Below, piece after piece: positions 1 through 11,801 of a DNA stretch of 37,950 nucleotides. Position 1 is the stretch's first letter; the number at the start of each line of letters is the position of its first letter. The stretch comes from Octopus bimaculoides (Eukaryota), in contig NC_068982.1 in NCBI RefSeq assembly GCF_001194135.2, positions 173,594,294 through 173,632,243 of the forward strand. The letters run 5' to 3'. The position numbers and the translations under genes were made by a program. Under the pieces are notes generated by a model. That model saw nothing but the letters and a program-made list of their open reading frames with translations. It made no database searches and was not told the DNA's origin.

Positions 1-31
<31 letters not shown>

Positions 32-162
32 TACACGCATACACACTAACATACGGTTGATATGGAGATTGATAGTTTGATATAAACATAAATAAGCATT
101 GGGAGATAAATACCTATAAACATATCCGTAGAAACATGCCCCTAGGAACATAAAACCACGTT

Positions 163-189
163 TGTATGTATGTATGTATGTATGTATGT

Positions 190-236
<47 letters not shown>
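163..236. repeat. Compound tetranucleotide microsatellite (TATG)n-(TAGA)n
   Basis: Directly visible tandem units. Confidence 0.95.
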
Positions 237-413
237 CATTACATCCAGACGCATGAGTCGCCAAAACCTCGAACGTCGTCAAGTGTACCAACTTGCCATA
301 AGTAAATAAATTATTCTCTATTTAGTCTTTGAATGAGTATGTATGTCAACCGTTTGTTACGTGTGCATGTTTTTGTTCTCTTTTACCCTACTTTCACTTA
401 CGCGCGCAGGGCA

Positions 414-560
414 CTTAATCATTCGTCTTTGTGTGTTCGTCTGTGTGTTTGCAAAACGACTGAGAAACGGCTGAACGGATTTTCACCAAATTTGGCAGAA
501 ATACTCGTTGGGTGAGTGGCTCGAAATGATGAAAATTTGGTTTGATTATTTTCAAACATG
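414..560. mobile_element. Possible Helentron/HINE (DINE-1/Lep1-like) non-autonomous element fragment
   Basis: Contains GTCTGTGTGTTTGC...AAACGGCTGAACGGATTTTCACCAAATTTGG, resembling the ACGGCTGAACCGATTT...AAATTTGG internal motif of Helentron-associated elements. Termini not identified. Confidence 0.35.
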
Positions 561-584
561 CATAAATACATACATAGAAATGTG

Positions 585-636
<52 letters not shown>

Positions 637-1641
637 TGTATACGGTGATGGATTCGAGGGCTTCATTTATTTACGAGTTGATTTATTAATTTCACCGGAG
701 TATAATTACCTATATTGGTGATACTTAAAAAAAAAAAAATTAAATCGAACTTAAAATTTTCCGATGAGAAAGTAGTCATATTATTCATATCCTACAACAG
801 ACTACTGTTTTTTGTTTGCCTTTCTTTTACATTGTCTACATGTGCTATGCGTATATGTATGTTTCTGCACGTGTCACTGAACTACACACCCTGGATCTAT
901 GCATATTGGTACGTTAACCGAAGTACCCGGTGTTTATTAGATGCCAGATCTTTCTTGTTAAATAAAATTTTTCTTGTTAAATTAAATTCTTTAGAGAAGG
1001 TTTGTATATTTATTTATTTATTTATTTATCTATTTATCCATTTATCTATTTATTTTTTTTCTAGGTTTTCCTATATCTGTAAAAATGTCCATTTGATGTG
1101 TGTTGTTATTTATATCTTTCCTTATGAAATTGATGCATAGCTGAGCATACTTCTTCCTATCGGACGTATTTTGAATGCATCTATCGAAACATATGTAGAA
1201 TATATGAAGATATATATTTTTAAATAACATCTCGAGTGTTTGNNNNNNNNNNNNNNNNNNNNNNNNNNNNNNNNNNNNNNNNNNNNNNNNNNNNNNNNNN
1301 NNNNNNNNNNNNNNNNNNNNNNNNNNNNNNNNNNNNNNNNNNNNNNNNNNNNNNNNNNNNNNNNNNNNNNNNNNNNNNNNNNNNNNNNNNNNNNNNNNNN
1401 NNNNNNNNNNNNNNNNNNNNNNNNNNNNNNNNNNNNNNNNNNNNNNNNNNNNNNNNNNNNNNNNNNNNNNNNNNNNNNNNNNNNNNNNNNNNNNNNNNNN
1501 NNNNNNNNNNNNNNNNNNNNNNNNNNNNNNNNNNNNNNNNNNNNNNNNNNNNNNNNNNNNNNNNNNNNNNNNNNNNNNNNNNNNNNNNNNNNNNNNNNNN
1601 NNNNNNNNNNNNNNNNNNNNNNNNNNNNNNNNNNNNNNNNN

Positions 1642-1673
<32 letters not shown>

Positions 1674-2087
1674 GAACGTTTCAAACTCCTGCCGCTTCGA
1701 AGTTTTTTCTTTATATTTTCCTATAAAATCTTTGCAGTTTGGAACTCACAACTTTCTGAATTTATCATTAACGTGTCTAGATCTTCATAATTTCATCCTC
1801 AAAGTGAAGTGAGTAATTCTAACGTATGTTTCTACCCTCTTTAAAACAGGAACGTTCAAAAGGATTAGCGTAAAGGCTACTACCGAATGTTTTCGATTTT
1901 GACTGATACATTTATTCGTCATTAGATACTTATTAGACACGTACACGTTGTGTATATATATTTCAGCATTGCGCTGTCTATGGAAGAATAAACGATTGAC
2001 GAATATTAAGTGATACTCGCAGCACAATATTAGAATAGATGAGTTTAAGTAAGTCTTGAAATGATGATGGTTTTAAGAACTTTACTA

Positions 2088-2315
2088 TTGGGTTGTCCGG
2101 AAAGTTTGTGCCGATTTATAGTAGCTTACCTTTCGACTTATTTGCCATGAAACTACTTCAATTCTGGGAAGAGGGTATTTTCAAGTTAAAAGAAATATGG
2201 AGACGCATTGTGCAACAAAATGGTTCATATTTCGTTGATTAAAAACGTAATGGCAAGTATTTATTGATCTTTTTCTTTCTTTTAAAAATCGGCACGAACT
2301 TTCCGGACAACCCAG
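2088..2315 (+). mobile_element. Mariner-derived MITE (internally deleted mariner, 228 bp)
   Basis: 30-bp TIRs at 2088-2117 and 2286-2315 (YTGGGTTGTCCGGAAAGTTYGTGCCGATTT, 2 mismatches). TA TSD at 2086-2087 and 2316-2317. Bases 2141-2242 translate to FAMKLLQFWEEGIFKLKEIWRRIVQQNGSYFVD*, matching the mariner transposase C-terminus pattern F(W/Y)..GI.KL..RW..(V/I)..NG.Y. Confidence 0.92.
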
Positions 2316-2751
2316 TATTTCCGATTACTAGGTCTACTCGGTTTCTTGAACTTTGTAAATTCATTTTGTTATTATTTTTTTTCTTTATATTTTAGTCTGA
2401 AAATGGGGAAAAGAATCTTGATAAAAGCGATAAGACAAGAACTCAGTCTCGTATTCAATACATCCGTATGTACGCGTATGTTTTTATGTTGGTGCTTGTG
2501 AGCTGTGCTTACGGGAGTGTGTACGTGTATGTATGTGTATATATAGACATTCAGAAAATCTTACTCAAGAAAATCTCTTTAGTCTGTCAGTCCCTGGAGG
2601 TTAAAAGACCAAAAACGGAGAAAGAAATTCCCTGAACTTCATTCGTCGACCAGACATCACTGGAGACCACAAATTCATTCGTTAGCAGAAAGTTTGGTCG
2701 CTTATGTATTCCCAGGTTATCAATTAGATTGCACTAAAACAAAAGATGTAT

Positions 2752-2785
<34 letters not shown>

Positions 2786-2796
2786 GTATATATGTA

Positions 2797-2837
<41 letters not shown>

Positions 2838-2846
2838 ATATATATA

Positions 2847-2897
<51 letters not shown>

Positions 2898-3167
2898 CAT
2901 GTTTACTCTCATTGTGTGTTGTTACGTATATCCGCTGTTATACATTCTCAAATCTACACGAATAAACGCCTACNNNNNNNNNNNNNNNNNNNNNNNNNNN
3001 NNNNNNNNNNNNNNNNNNNNNNNNNNNNNNNNNNNNNNNNNNNNNNNNNNNNNNNNNNNNNNNNNNNNNNNNNNNNNNNNNNNNNNNNNNNNNNNNNNNN
3101 NNNNNNNNNNNNNNNNNNNNNNNNNNNNNNNNNNNNNNNNNNNNNNNNNNNNNNNNNNNNNNNNNNN

Positions 3168-3199
<32 letters not shown>

Positions 3200-3927
3200 G
3201 GAGATGTAGTTGCCTAGTAAGTGATTTATATACGTATACATAAATACAAGCATTTGCACACAAACGAGTTTGCATCACACACACGTACATGAACATATAT
3301 TCCTATATATGATGTTTGAGATAAAGAGAGGATAAATTGGTGAAAATGAGGATGTAATGTAATTTCCTTTACATATTTGCAAGAGAAGCTGATCTCCCAC
3401 TTGACTGATACTCTCCGTTTCATTACCAATGAATACGAATGTATGTAGCTGGTGAGATAAAGTAGATAAAGATCTATAAAATATGTACCTTTTGAGGCAT
3501 TTTTACTGGAAAGATGATGGTGGAACCTGCTGTTCCCAACATCAGTTTTTCTGATTATTTTAAGGGAATCCTTCAAAGAGATCCAGGGAGAGGTTCTCCG
3601 ACCAGATGTCAATTTTTATTGAACGAAAACTCGCGCTATCTTTCCAGTTTCACGTTATATAATGACGGTTTCTAGTATTTTGTACTGCGTATTTTGTACA
3701 TTCAAATGGATGAATCACTTTCTAAAGGTATTCCATATGCAGTGAATATCAGGCATAAAAAGCGCCGCAGATATGACGTTTTAACATTTCTGTTTCAGAT
3801 TCTTGCTTGCTTTAAACTGTGTAATACCTGCATATATGGCTATTAGGATTACTAGTGGAAAACAATATGGCTTTAGTAATATTAAGTGTTACTAATTATA
3901 ATATCAATAGTTATGAAATGCCTGATG

Positions 3928-4070
<143 letters not shown>

Positions 4071-5013
4071 NNNNNNNNNNNNNNNNNNNNNNNNNNNNNN
4101 NNNNNNNNNNNNNNNNNNNNNNNNNNNNNNNNNNNNNNNNNNNNNNNNNNNNNNNNNNNNNNNNNNNNNNNNNNNNNNNNNNNNNNNNNNNNNNNNNNNN
4201 NNNNNNNNNNNNNNNNNNNNNNNNNNNNNNNNNNNNNNNNNNNNNNNNNNNNNNNNNNNNNNNNNNNNNNNNNNNNNNNNNNNNNNNNNNNNNNNNNNNN
4301 NNNNNNNNNNNNNNNNNNNNNNNNNNNNNNNNNNNNNNNNNNNNNNNNNNNNNNNNNNNNNNNNNNNNNNNNNNNNNNNNNNNNNNNNNNNNNNNNNNNN
4401 NNNNNNNNNNNNNNNNNNNNNNNNNNNNNNNNNNNNNNNNNNNNNNNNNNNNNNNNNNNNNNNNNNNNNNNNNNNNNNNNNNNNNNNNNNNNNNNNNNNN
4501 NNNNNNNNNNNNNNNNNNNNNNNNNNNNNNNNNNNNNNNNNNNNNNNNNNNNNNNNNNNNNNNNNNNNNNNNNNNNNNNNNNNNNNNNNNNNNNNNNNNN
4601 NNNNNNNNNNNNNNNNNNNNNNNNNNNNNNNNNNNNNNNNNNNNNNNNNNNNNNNNNNNNNNNNNNNNNNNNNNNNNNNNNNNNNNNNNNNNNNNNNNNN
4701 NNNNNNNNNNNNNNNNNNNNNNNNNNNNNNNNNNNNNNNNNNNNNNNNNNNNNNNNNNNNNNNNNNNNNNNNNNNNNNNNNNNNNNNNNNNNNNNNNNNN
4801 NNNNNNNNNNNNNNNNNNNNNNNNNNNNNNNNNNNNNNNNNNNNNNNNNNNNNNNNNNNNNNNNNNNNNNNNNNNNNNNNNNNNNNNNNNNNNNNNNNNN
4901 NNNNNNNNNNNNNNNNNNNNNNNNNNNNNNNNNNNNNNNNNNNNNNNNNNNNNNNNNNNNNNNNNNNNNNNNNNNNNNNNNNNNNNNNNNNNNNNNNNNN
5001 NNNNNNNNNNNNN

Positions 5014-5181
5014 TGTGTCTGTGTTTGTTTCTCCACCACCACTTGACAACCGGTGTTGGTGTGTTTAGGTCCTCGTAGCCTAGCGGTTCGGCAAAAGAAT
5101 TCCGATAGAATAACTACTGGGGTTGATTCATTCGATTAATAATTCAAGGCGGTGCCCCAGGATGGCCTCATGACTGAAACA
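5014..5181 (+). mobile_element. SINE family A, 3' half (5' half lost in gap 4071-5013)
   Basis: CTTGACAACCGGTGTTGGTGTGTTTA...TAGCGGTTCGGCAAAAG...CCGATAGAATAA...GGCGGTGCCCCAG...TGACTGAAACA is shared with copies at 18642-18780 (+) and 21289-21460 (-). Confidence 0.85.
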
Positions 5182-7749
5182 TCGAAACGCCGGTGTTAAA
5201 ACGGGGGTAGCTGATGAAGGAAAATGTTCTCTATGTGGCTTGTGTGTTTTCTTGTCTACGTTTTGTTTGCAATGTCCTGTACCCAGATATGCACCTATAC
5301 ATACAGGTGGATGTCGGTAAGCACATACTTGTACGTATATATGCATATACTCATTTACTATGTATATGCCTCTGTATTACGATGTTGCCTCGAGTTACGA
5401 CTGTATTCATTGTAAATAAGATAAAAACCCTGCCCTTCATTAAATATTGTGTTTGATACGATAAGTACGCTTACCCATAGTCCAATGACTGGAATCACTA
5501 GAAGAATGGCAATATGAATTGCGATAAATGGTTCAGTATCCAACTTCTATCTTTCTCTCATTTCCCTTCCACATCTCTCTCTCTCTCTCTCTCTCTCTCC
5601 TTTCGCCACACTCTCTCCCCATTCTCCTTTCTTCTCTCTCTCTCCTTTCTCCATACTATCTCCCCCTCTCCTTTATTCCCTCTCTCTCTCTCCCTCTCTC
5701 TGTATTTCTATAACATTCTGTTCTTATGTCATTTTCCCCTTTTTATAANNNNNNNNNNNNNNNNNNNNNNNNNNNNNNNNNNNNNNNNNNNNNNNNNNNN
5801 NNNNNNNNNNNNNNNNNNNNNNNNNNNNNNNNNNNNNNNNNNNNNNNNNNNNNNNNNNNNNNNNNNNNNNNNNNNNNNNNNNNNNNNNNNNNNNNNNNNN
5901 NNNNNNNNNNNNNNNNNNNNNNNNNNNNNNNNNNNNNNNNNNNNNNNNNNNNNNNNNNNNNNNNNNNNNNNNNNNNNNNNNNNNNNNNNNNNNNNNNNNN
6001 NNNNNNNNNNNNNNNNNNNNNNNNNNNNNNNNNNNNNNNNNNNNNNNNNNNNNNNNNNNNNNNNNNNNNNNNNNNNNNNNNNNNNNNNNNNNNNNNNNNN
6101 NNNNNNNNNNNNNNNNNNNNNNNNNNNNNNNNNNNNNNNNNNNNNNNNNNNNNNNNNNNNNNNNNNNNNNNNNNNNNNNNNNNNNNNNNNNNNNNNNNNN
6201 NNNNNNNNNNNNNNNNNNNNNNNNNNNNNNNNNNNNNNNNNNNNNNTATATATATATACATAAAGACAAGGAGAAGCACATACATACATATAGACAAGAC
6301 AATGTGGCGGATGCTTGATTTTTTTCTTCTCACCAATTCATAATCAAAGAAAAAATAACAACAAAAAAAAGGTGAAAAGCATATAAATATACGAGGCAAA
6401 CAATCAAGAGATGTATAATGAATGAAACAAAAATAGACAAATAAATAAATAATTCGATCATTGATTGATTGAATGAATAAAGCATCTTTTTTTTTCTCTC
6501 TCTCTCTCTTTGGTCACTGTTATCGAACACTCATCATTAATGTGTCTATAATGTAGACATATAAAGTGTTGATGAGTCCAGCTTGTTTATTTTCATTTTC
6601 CTGTGGGAATCTCTGCTCTCTCTCTCTCTTTCTCTCCGTGTGTGAATCTGTGTGTGTGTGTGTCTCTCTCTCTCTCTCTCTCTTTCATACTCTCACTCTC
6701 GTTATACACATACACACTCACCCTAAAACATATCATTCATATACATAAAAGACGCACATGAATCTGTGTTCAGACAATTTTCTTAACTTCCACTATGCCT
6801 CAACATACACTTCAGTTGAAGCCATATTTTATTTTTCAAATTTAAACATTTCTCACAGCTAATATTGATCTCTTTGGACTAGACACAATTGTTGAATAGT
6901 TTAGTAGATAAGAGACACGAAAGATACAATGATCAATCGTTTGACTCCACCCTCACTCAAAGGTCATGATCAGTCTTTAAAAAAAAATCATTTTCCATTC
7001 AACTACAAATTGTGGTGAATATGCTGACGTGACTCATCGTATTACTCACAACTTGATCTCAGATGTTCTCCACTTTTTATTCAAGAACGTCAACAATCAC
7101 AATAAATTTGTATATTTTCAATATATAGTGTCCACTCAAATGTATGCTACTTTTTCATATTTAGTTATGAAAGAGGTAAAACACACAGATACAGCAGTAG
7201 TGTGGATTTTCAAGCAGCGAACTTCAATGATCTGTATCCAGTGTTTCATATATGTTTGCTGATCAATCAACTACTAATATCCTTTTCCGTACATTGGCCT
7301 AATGTTATACATTCCGACCTACTTTCCATTGTAAATATTTCTATATTTATTTGTAGATAGTCCTTTATTAATGTTAGGTTGGATAGAACGGTCTATCAAT
7401 GCATAACATTGATCTATATTAGAAGGGGAAAATGCTGAGCAGATGATGTACTGGATTAGCTGTTCACAATTTATAATTTTGCAAATCGGCTGAAGGTGTT
7501 TTGAGAAAAATATATAGAGTGTAAAAATGCTTTCTTGCCCAGTATATCAACTCTCCCAACTACCAAGGATTAGTAACAGATAAATTACGATGAACCAACG
7601 TCCAATCCATATATTGTGATGCATCAGCTCTTAAAAGCTGCGTCGCATTTTAATATGTGTAACGTAGAGCCATTTAGTTTTTTTTTTGTTTTTCTTAATA
7701 TAACATCATGAATGAAAGAAATAAAGTTTAGAATGAACAAATAGAGTAT

Positions 7750-8090
7750 TTTACAGCTCCAGGTCTAACACGGACAACAAAACATACGACATTAGCCGTT
7801 CCAGACATGACTATTCAATCCTTTATTATTCAAATGTAATATGTCAAAAAGATACATTACGTAAAATGGTAAGGTGTAGCTGGAGGAAAATTTGGTTCCT
7901 GTTGTTAGCAGGACGAACAAGTAAGTAGATACTCTTTTGTTGTTTCTTATTATCAGGATGATGTTGATCAAATTGAGTAGATACTTGGTCCAAAAGTGTG
8001 CTGGCAGTGAACCCTTCTTATGTTCTACCGACATAGTTTATCAAAGACTACATTATTCAATGTGTAGTTTCTCCTCAAAAGCAATTTGAA
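7750..8090 (-). mobile_element. Degenerate Penelope-like element, GIY-YIG endonuclease C-terminal fragment
   Basis: Minus-strand translation across frameshifts gives NYVGRT (cf. NYIGQT), QHHPDNK, EYLLTC, EPNF, PFY and RP-EL in the expected order. Heavily decayed. Confidence 0.45.
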
Positions 8091-8449
8091 AATATATGAG
8101 ACCCTTTTCTAATAGGTCTAACGATTGGGTAGGTCTAATAGGTCTAACAATCGTTCGGCAAGAGCAGGAGTATTACATGGGCAAAAGAAGCAAAATGACT
8201 TCAGTTGAGTTTCGGAGAGATCCCTACATGCTACCAGACACGCTAAACGAGAACCCTCGAGCATCTGTGACGGCTACGATATCTTCATTGCCATCGTATC
8301 AGAATAAAAATAAAAGCAGTAGTACAAGCTGAAATTGCAGCACCATATTTCTGTACTTAAAGCCATTATAGTAAAGTATCTGCATTCTATGGTAAACGCA
8401 GGACAAATTTTAAATGGTTCTATCACATATATTGAAATAACAGAGGCGT

Positions 8450-8522
<73 letters not shown>

Positions 8523-9228
8523 NNNNNNNNNNNNNNNNNNNNNNNNNNNNNNNNNNNNNNNNNNNNNNNNNNNNNNNNNNNNNNNNNNNNNNNNNNNNNN
8601 NNNNNNNNNNNNNNNNNNNNNNNNNNNNNNNNNNNNNNNNNNNNNNNNNNNNNNNNNNNNNNNNNNNNNNNNNNNNNNNNNNNNNNNNNNNNNNNNNNNN
8701 NNNNNNNNNNNNNNNNNNNNNNNNNNNNNNNNNNNNNNNNNNNNNNNNNNNNNNNNNNNNNNNNNNNNNNNNNNNNNNNNNNNNNNNNNNNNNNNNNNNN
8801 NNNNNNNNNNNNNNNNNNNNNNNNNNNNNNNNNNNNNNNNNNNNNNNNNNNNNNNNNNNNNNNNNNNNNNNNNNNNNNNNNNNNNNNNNNNNNNNNNNNN
8901 NNNNNNNNNNNNNNNNNNNNNNNNNNNNNNNNNNNNNNNNNNNNNNNNNNNNNNNNNNNNNNNNNNNNNNNNNNNNNNNNNNNNNNNNNNNNNNNNNNNN
9001 NNNNNNNNNNNNNNNNNNNNNNNNNNNNNNNNNNNNNNNNNNNNNNNNNNNNNNNNNNNNNNNNNNNNNNNNNNNNNNNNNNNNNNNNNNNNNNNNNNNN
9101 NNNNNNNNNNNNNNNNNNNNNNNNNNNNNNNNNNNNNNNNNGCCATAGCTTCGTTCTATTTGCTTTTTTCATTTTCTTTTTTTTTTCTTCGTTTTATTTG
9201 CTTTTTTCTTTTTAAATTTGCTGTTTTA

Positions 9229-9263
9229 CCCTAACCCTAACCCTAACCCTAGCCCTAACCCTA
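9229..9263. repeat. Short interstitial telomere-like array (CCCTAA)~6
   Basis: CCCTAA x3, CCCTAG, CCCTAA, CCCTA. Confidence 0.9.
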
Positions 9264-9499
9264 TCACCGATAGAATTGTTTCAGAATCGTTTGTTTATGT
9301 AGTCGGCACTTAATGTATATCGGCTGAATGGACGTCAGTGATTGGTTGAAATTACAGAAATACGACAACTTTAACATGGAATAACTTAGGGATTTCTTTT
9401 TTTTTTTTAAGAAGACTAAGAGAAAAAGATGTTTTATATGACACATTCTATCAGTGTTCCAAGTTTCAAAGTGTTTCGTTAATGAAAAATGTGGCCCCC

Positions 9500-10500
9500 G
9501 TTTTAAAAAGATTCCAGTTGTCTACAAGACAATCTATACACCAAAATGTATGGCTCGACTACGGTTTATCCAGTCGGAGCTCCAGATCACTGCGCTCTTT
9601 AACGGTTAACTTAGAAAATCAAGATTTTTCTGTACGTAATCACATTATCTATACATGTTACGTCAAGGACATGTTTATTGTGAAAAAACATGGCAAAATC
9701 GGCAGATAAAATTATAGATGACCACGTAAATAATTCCATCCTTAAATTTACAATCCAACATATGTCAAACATAAACATGGACCACAAACCACTCCTTTGT
9801 TAGATATGTAGCAATAAGGGATCATGCAAATAACACTTCAGTTTACACTAAAGACGCAACTGCCATTCCATGCACGGAACTCATGAGTGCCTCCAAAGAT
9901 TGAAAACATCAAAGACATTTCACAGGCCAGATTCTCGTCCACTAAATAAGCCTAAATAAGGAAATGTTATTAGTGAAACAAATACTTAATAAAAGGGCGT
10001 TAAGAGATTAGTTGATCATGCTAAAGAACCATGTAACACCTGTTAAAATTCAAACCACAAATATAGTAAGCTAGAAAATTTAAATCCAATCTGGTAACAG
10101 AATAAATGAGCATGTTATTACAAAAGAACTTACAACATAAAGCCCACCCAACCACAAACTTGTGGTTAGAATACATTACAGAAGGAAAAAAAAGAAACAT
10201 AGTAGAAAAGCCACCCTCTAGCAAACCACAGAAAGTGCAATCGGACAACCAATGTAATATGCAAATTTCTATGCAAACAATGAAATTATATATTTCATGA
10301 CTTAAACTGTTAAATCGGCCACACACTTATTATAATCTAACGTCGATAGACATGTCTAACAGAATAATTGAAGTACATTATATATATACAGCACACGAAA
10401 TTAAAAAAAAATTGGATGGTAATTATTAATTCACAGCAATACACTTCTATATGGACTTACACACATATCCATACAAACACACACATTATAAGATTAACTA
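9500..10500 (+). mobile_element. Degenerate Penelope-like element (RT C-terminal half to GIY-YIG start)
   Basis: Ordered motifs: YTCYVKDMFIVKKHG at 9650-9694 (cf. W.RY(I/V)DD.F..W.HG), KFTIQH at 9744-9761, PLLD at 9794-9805 (cf. PFLD), TSVYTK at 9835-9852, KCNRTTNVICKFL from 10233, then YIIYIQ. Many stops and frameshifts; A-rich sense strand. Confidence 0.7.
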
Positions 10501-10683
10501 TAGAAGTTTTACAACCCAAAATACCAACAAAGAATTAGATAAAATGCACGTAAGATAGACCATGAAATATACCGGGCGTGAACTAGTGCATAGATTTTAA
10601 AACGTCGCTCATGATCATATTGGTTACAACGGTTTTCCTATGATCCTTGGTTCCCGACTACAAATTCGGCAGACTACACGCTA

Positions 10684-10753
10684 ATGGGGTTGATCTATTC
10701 GACTGGACCCTTCCCCCAAAATTTCAGGCCTTGTGCCTAGAGTAGAAAAGAAT
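10684..10753 (+). mobile_element. SINE family B, 3' fragment
   Basis: GGGGTTGATCTATTCGAC...CCCCAAAATTTCAGGCCTTGTGCC resembles the 3' end of the copy at 32598-32820 (GGGTCGATGTAA...GGCCTTGTGAC). Confidence 0.65.
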
Positions 10754-11014
10754 ATATTGGCCTGGTCATTGATCATAGGCGGCTATGATACACCCTCCTG
10801 TCTCTGATTTTAAGCCAGAAAACACTCATCATTGATGGGTAAGGGCTTTGTCAACATCGGCATTATTAGCTCTCTTTGGGTATTTGCCATTGAGAAGTTT
10901 TTCTTGCCATTTAACAGTAAGAATATCTAAGGCAGAAATTTTAGCACGGGTTGACATACGCTTAGCCTTTTGCTGTTGTTTTTGTTGTTGTTTCACTTCT
11001 CAGAGTGCTTGGAC

Positions 11015-11127
11015 TTATTTGCTCTAATTTCCCACTTTAAATCATCATAGTCCTTTTTTTATTTTTTCACATCGATCTTGTTGTCACCGGGGCATGCTAT
11101 GTCGATTATCATACATGTTCTTTGTTT
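11015..11127 (-). mobile_element. Dong/R4-type (RLE) LINE fragment c
   Basis: Minus strand reads KQRTCMIIDIACPGDNKIDVKK*KKDYDDLKWEIR, the restriction-like endonuclease segment C.IID(I/V)..P.D...KY.DL..EI. Confidence 0.65.
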
Positions 11128-11445
11128 TATTATTATTATTGTTCAGTAGTTTTATTTTTATAACGTGCTTTCACTTCACTACCGAGCGCAGCTCTGTGCG
11201 CCTTGGGTATGTGCTGTGGTTTGCTGTGGTGCTCTTATGTTTACTGTATTGAAAGTGTTTTGCGTAGAATGTGTGCAGTACCCAGTAGTGCAATTTTCTA
11301 TATGTTATATATATTTGTAAGTCCTGGTGTTTTTGTTATGTATTTGTCTGAATATTTTTTTATTATACCTAAGGCACCTACTATGATAGGAATTGTTTCT
11401 GTTTTTAGATTTCACATTCGAGTTATCTCTATTTCCAGGTCTTTG
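11128..11445 (-). mobile_element. Dong/R4-type LINE 3' end, fragment a (5'-truncated, with 3' UTR and (AAT)n tail)
   Basis: 11444 to 11241 translates KDLEIEITRM*NLKTETIPIIVGALGIIKKYSDKYITKTPGLTNIYNI*KIALLGTAHILRKTLSIQ*: an RLE C-terminus with two in-frame stops (TGA and TAG where W and Q are expected). About 100 bp of UTR follows, then AAT repeats. Confidence 0.88.
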
Positions 11446-11571
11446 TTATTATCATTATTANNNNNNNNNNTTATTATACCTAAGGCACCTACTATGATAG
11501 GAATTGTTTCTGTTTTTAGATTTCACATTCGAGTTATCTCTATTTCCAGGTCTTTGTTATTATCATTATTA
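11360..11571. other. Identical 101-bp duplication across a 10-N gap (probable contig-overlap artefact)
   Basis: 11360-11460 is identical to 11471-11571, separated only by N x10. Confidence 0.85.
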
Positions 11572-11580
11572 TTATTATTA

Positions 11581-11638
<58 letters not shown>

Positions 11639-11650
11639 CATCATCATCAA

Positions 11651-11712
<62 letters not shown>

Positions 11713-11714
11713 AT

Positions 11715-11800
<86 letters not shown>
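11555..11800. repeat. Compound trinucleotide array (TTA)n-(TCA)n-(TTA)n
   Basis: Directly visible; source of the poly-L/S/Y/H/M ORFs. Confidence 0.95.

Positions 11801-11801
<1 letters not shown>

Noticed and set aside
2554-2733. Minus-strand segment bounded by TTTTAG and GTAAGA
   Set aside because: All three frames stop before the donor.
3497-3673. ~58-codon open frame on + (GIFTGKMMVEPAVPNISFSDYFKG...) and overlapping minus-strand ORF 3226-3612
   Set aside because: No recognisable homology and no convincing pair of splice sites; the length is compatible with chance.
7757-7920. Candidate + strand exon (TTTTACAG ... GTAAGT, one open frame)
   Set aside because: The peptide is unrecognisable, no partner exon is evident, and the region is better explained as an antisense Penelope relic.
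8096-8332. ORF with a faint Tc1 N-terminal resemblance (GKRSKMTS..., TLNENPRAS)
   Set aside because: Similarity is too weak, and there are no TIRs or catalytic domain.
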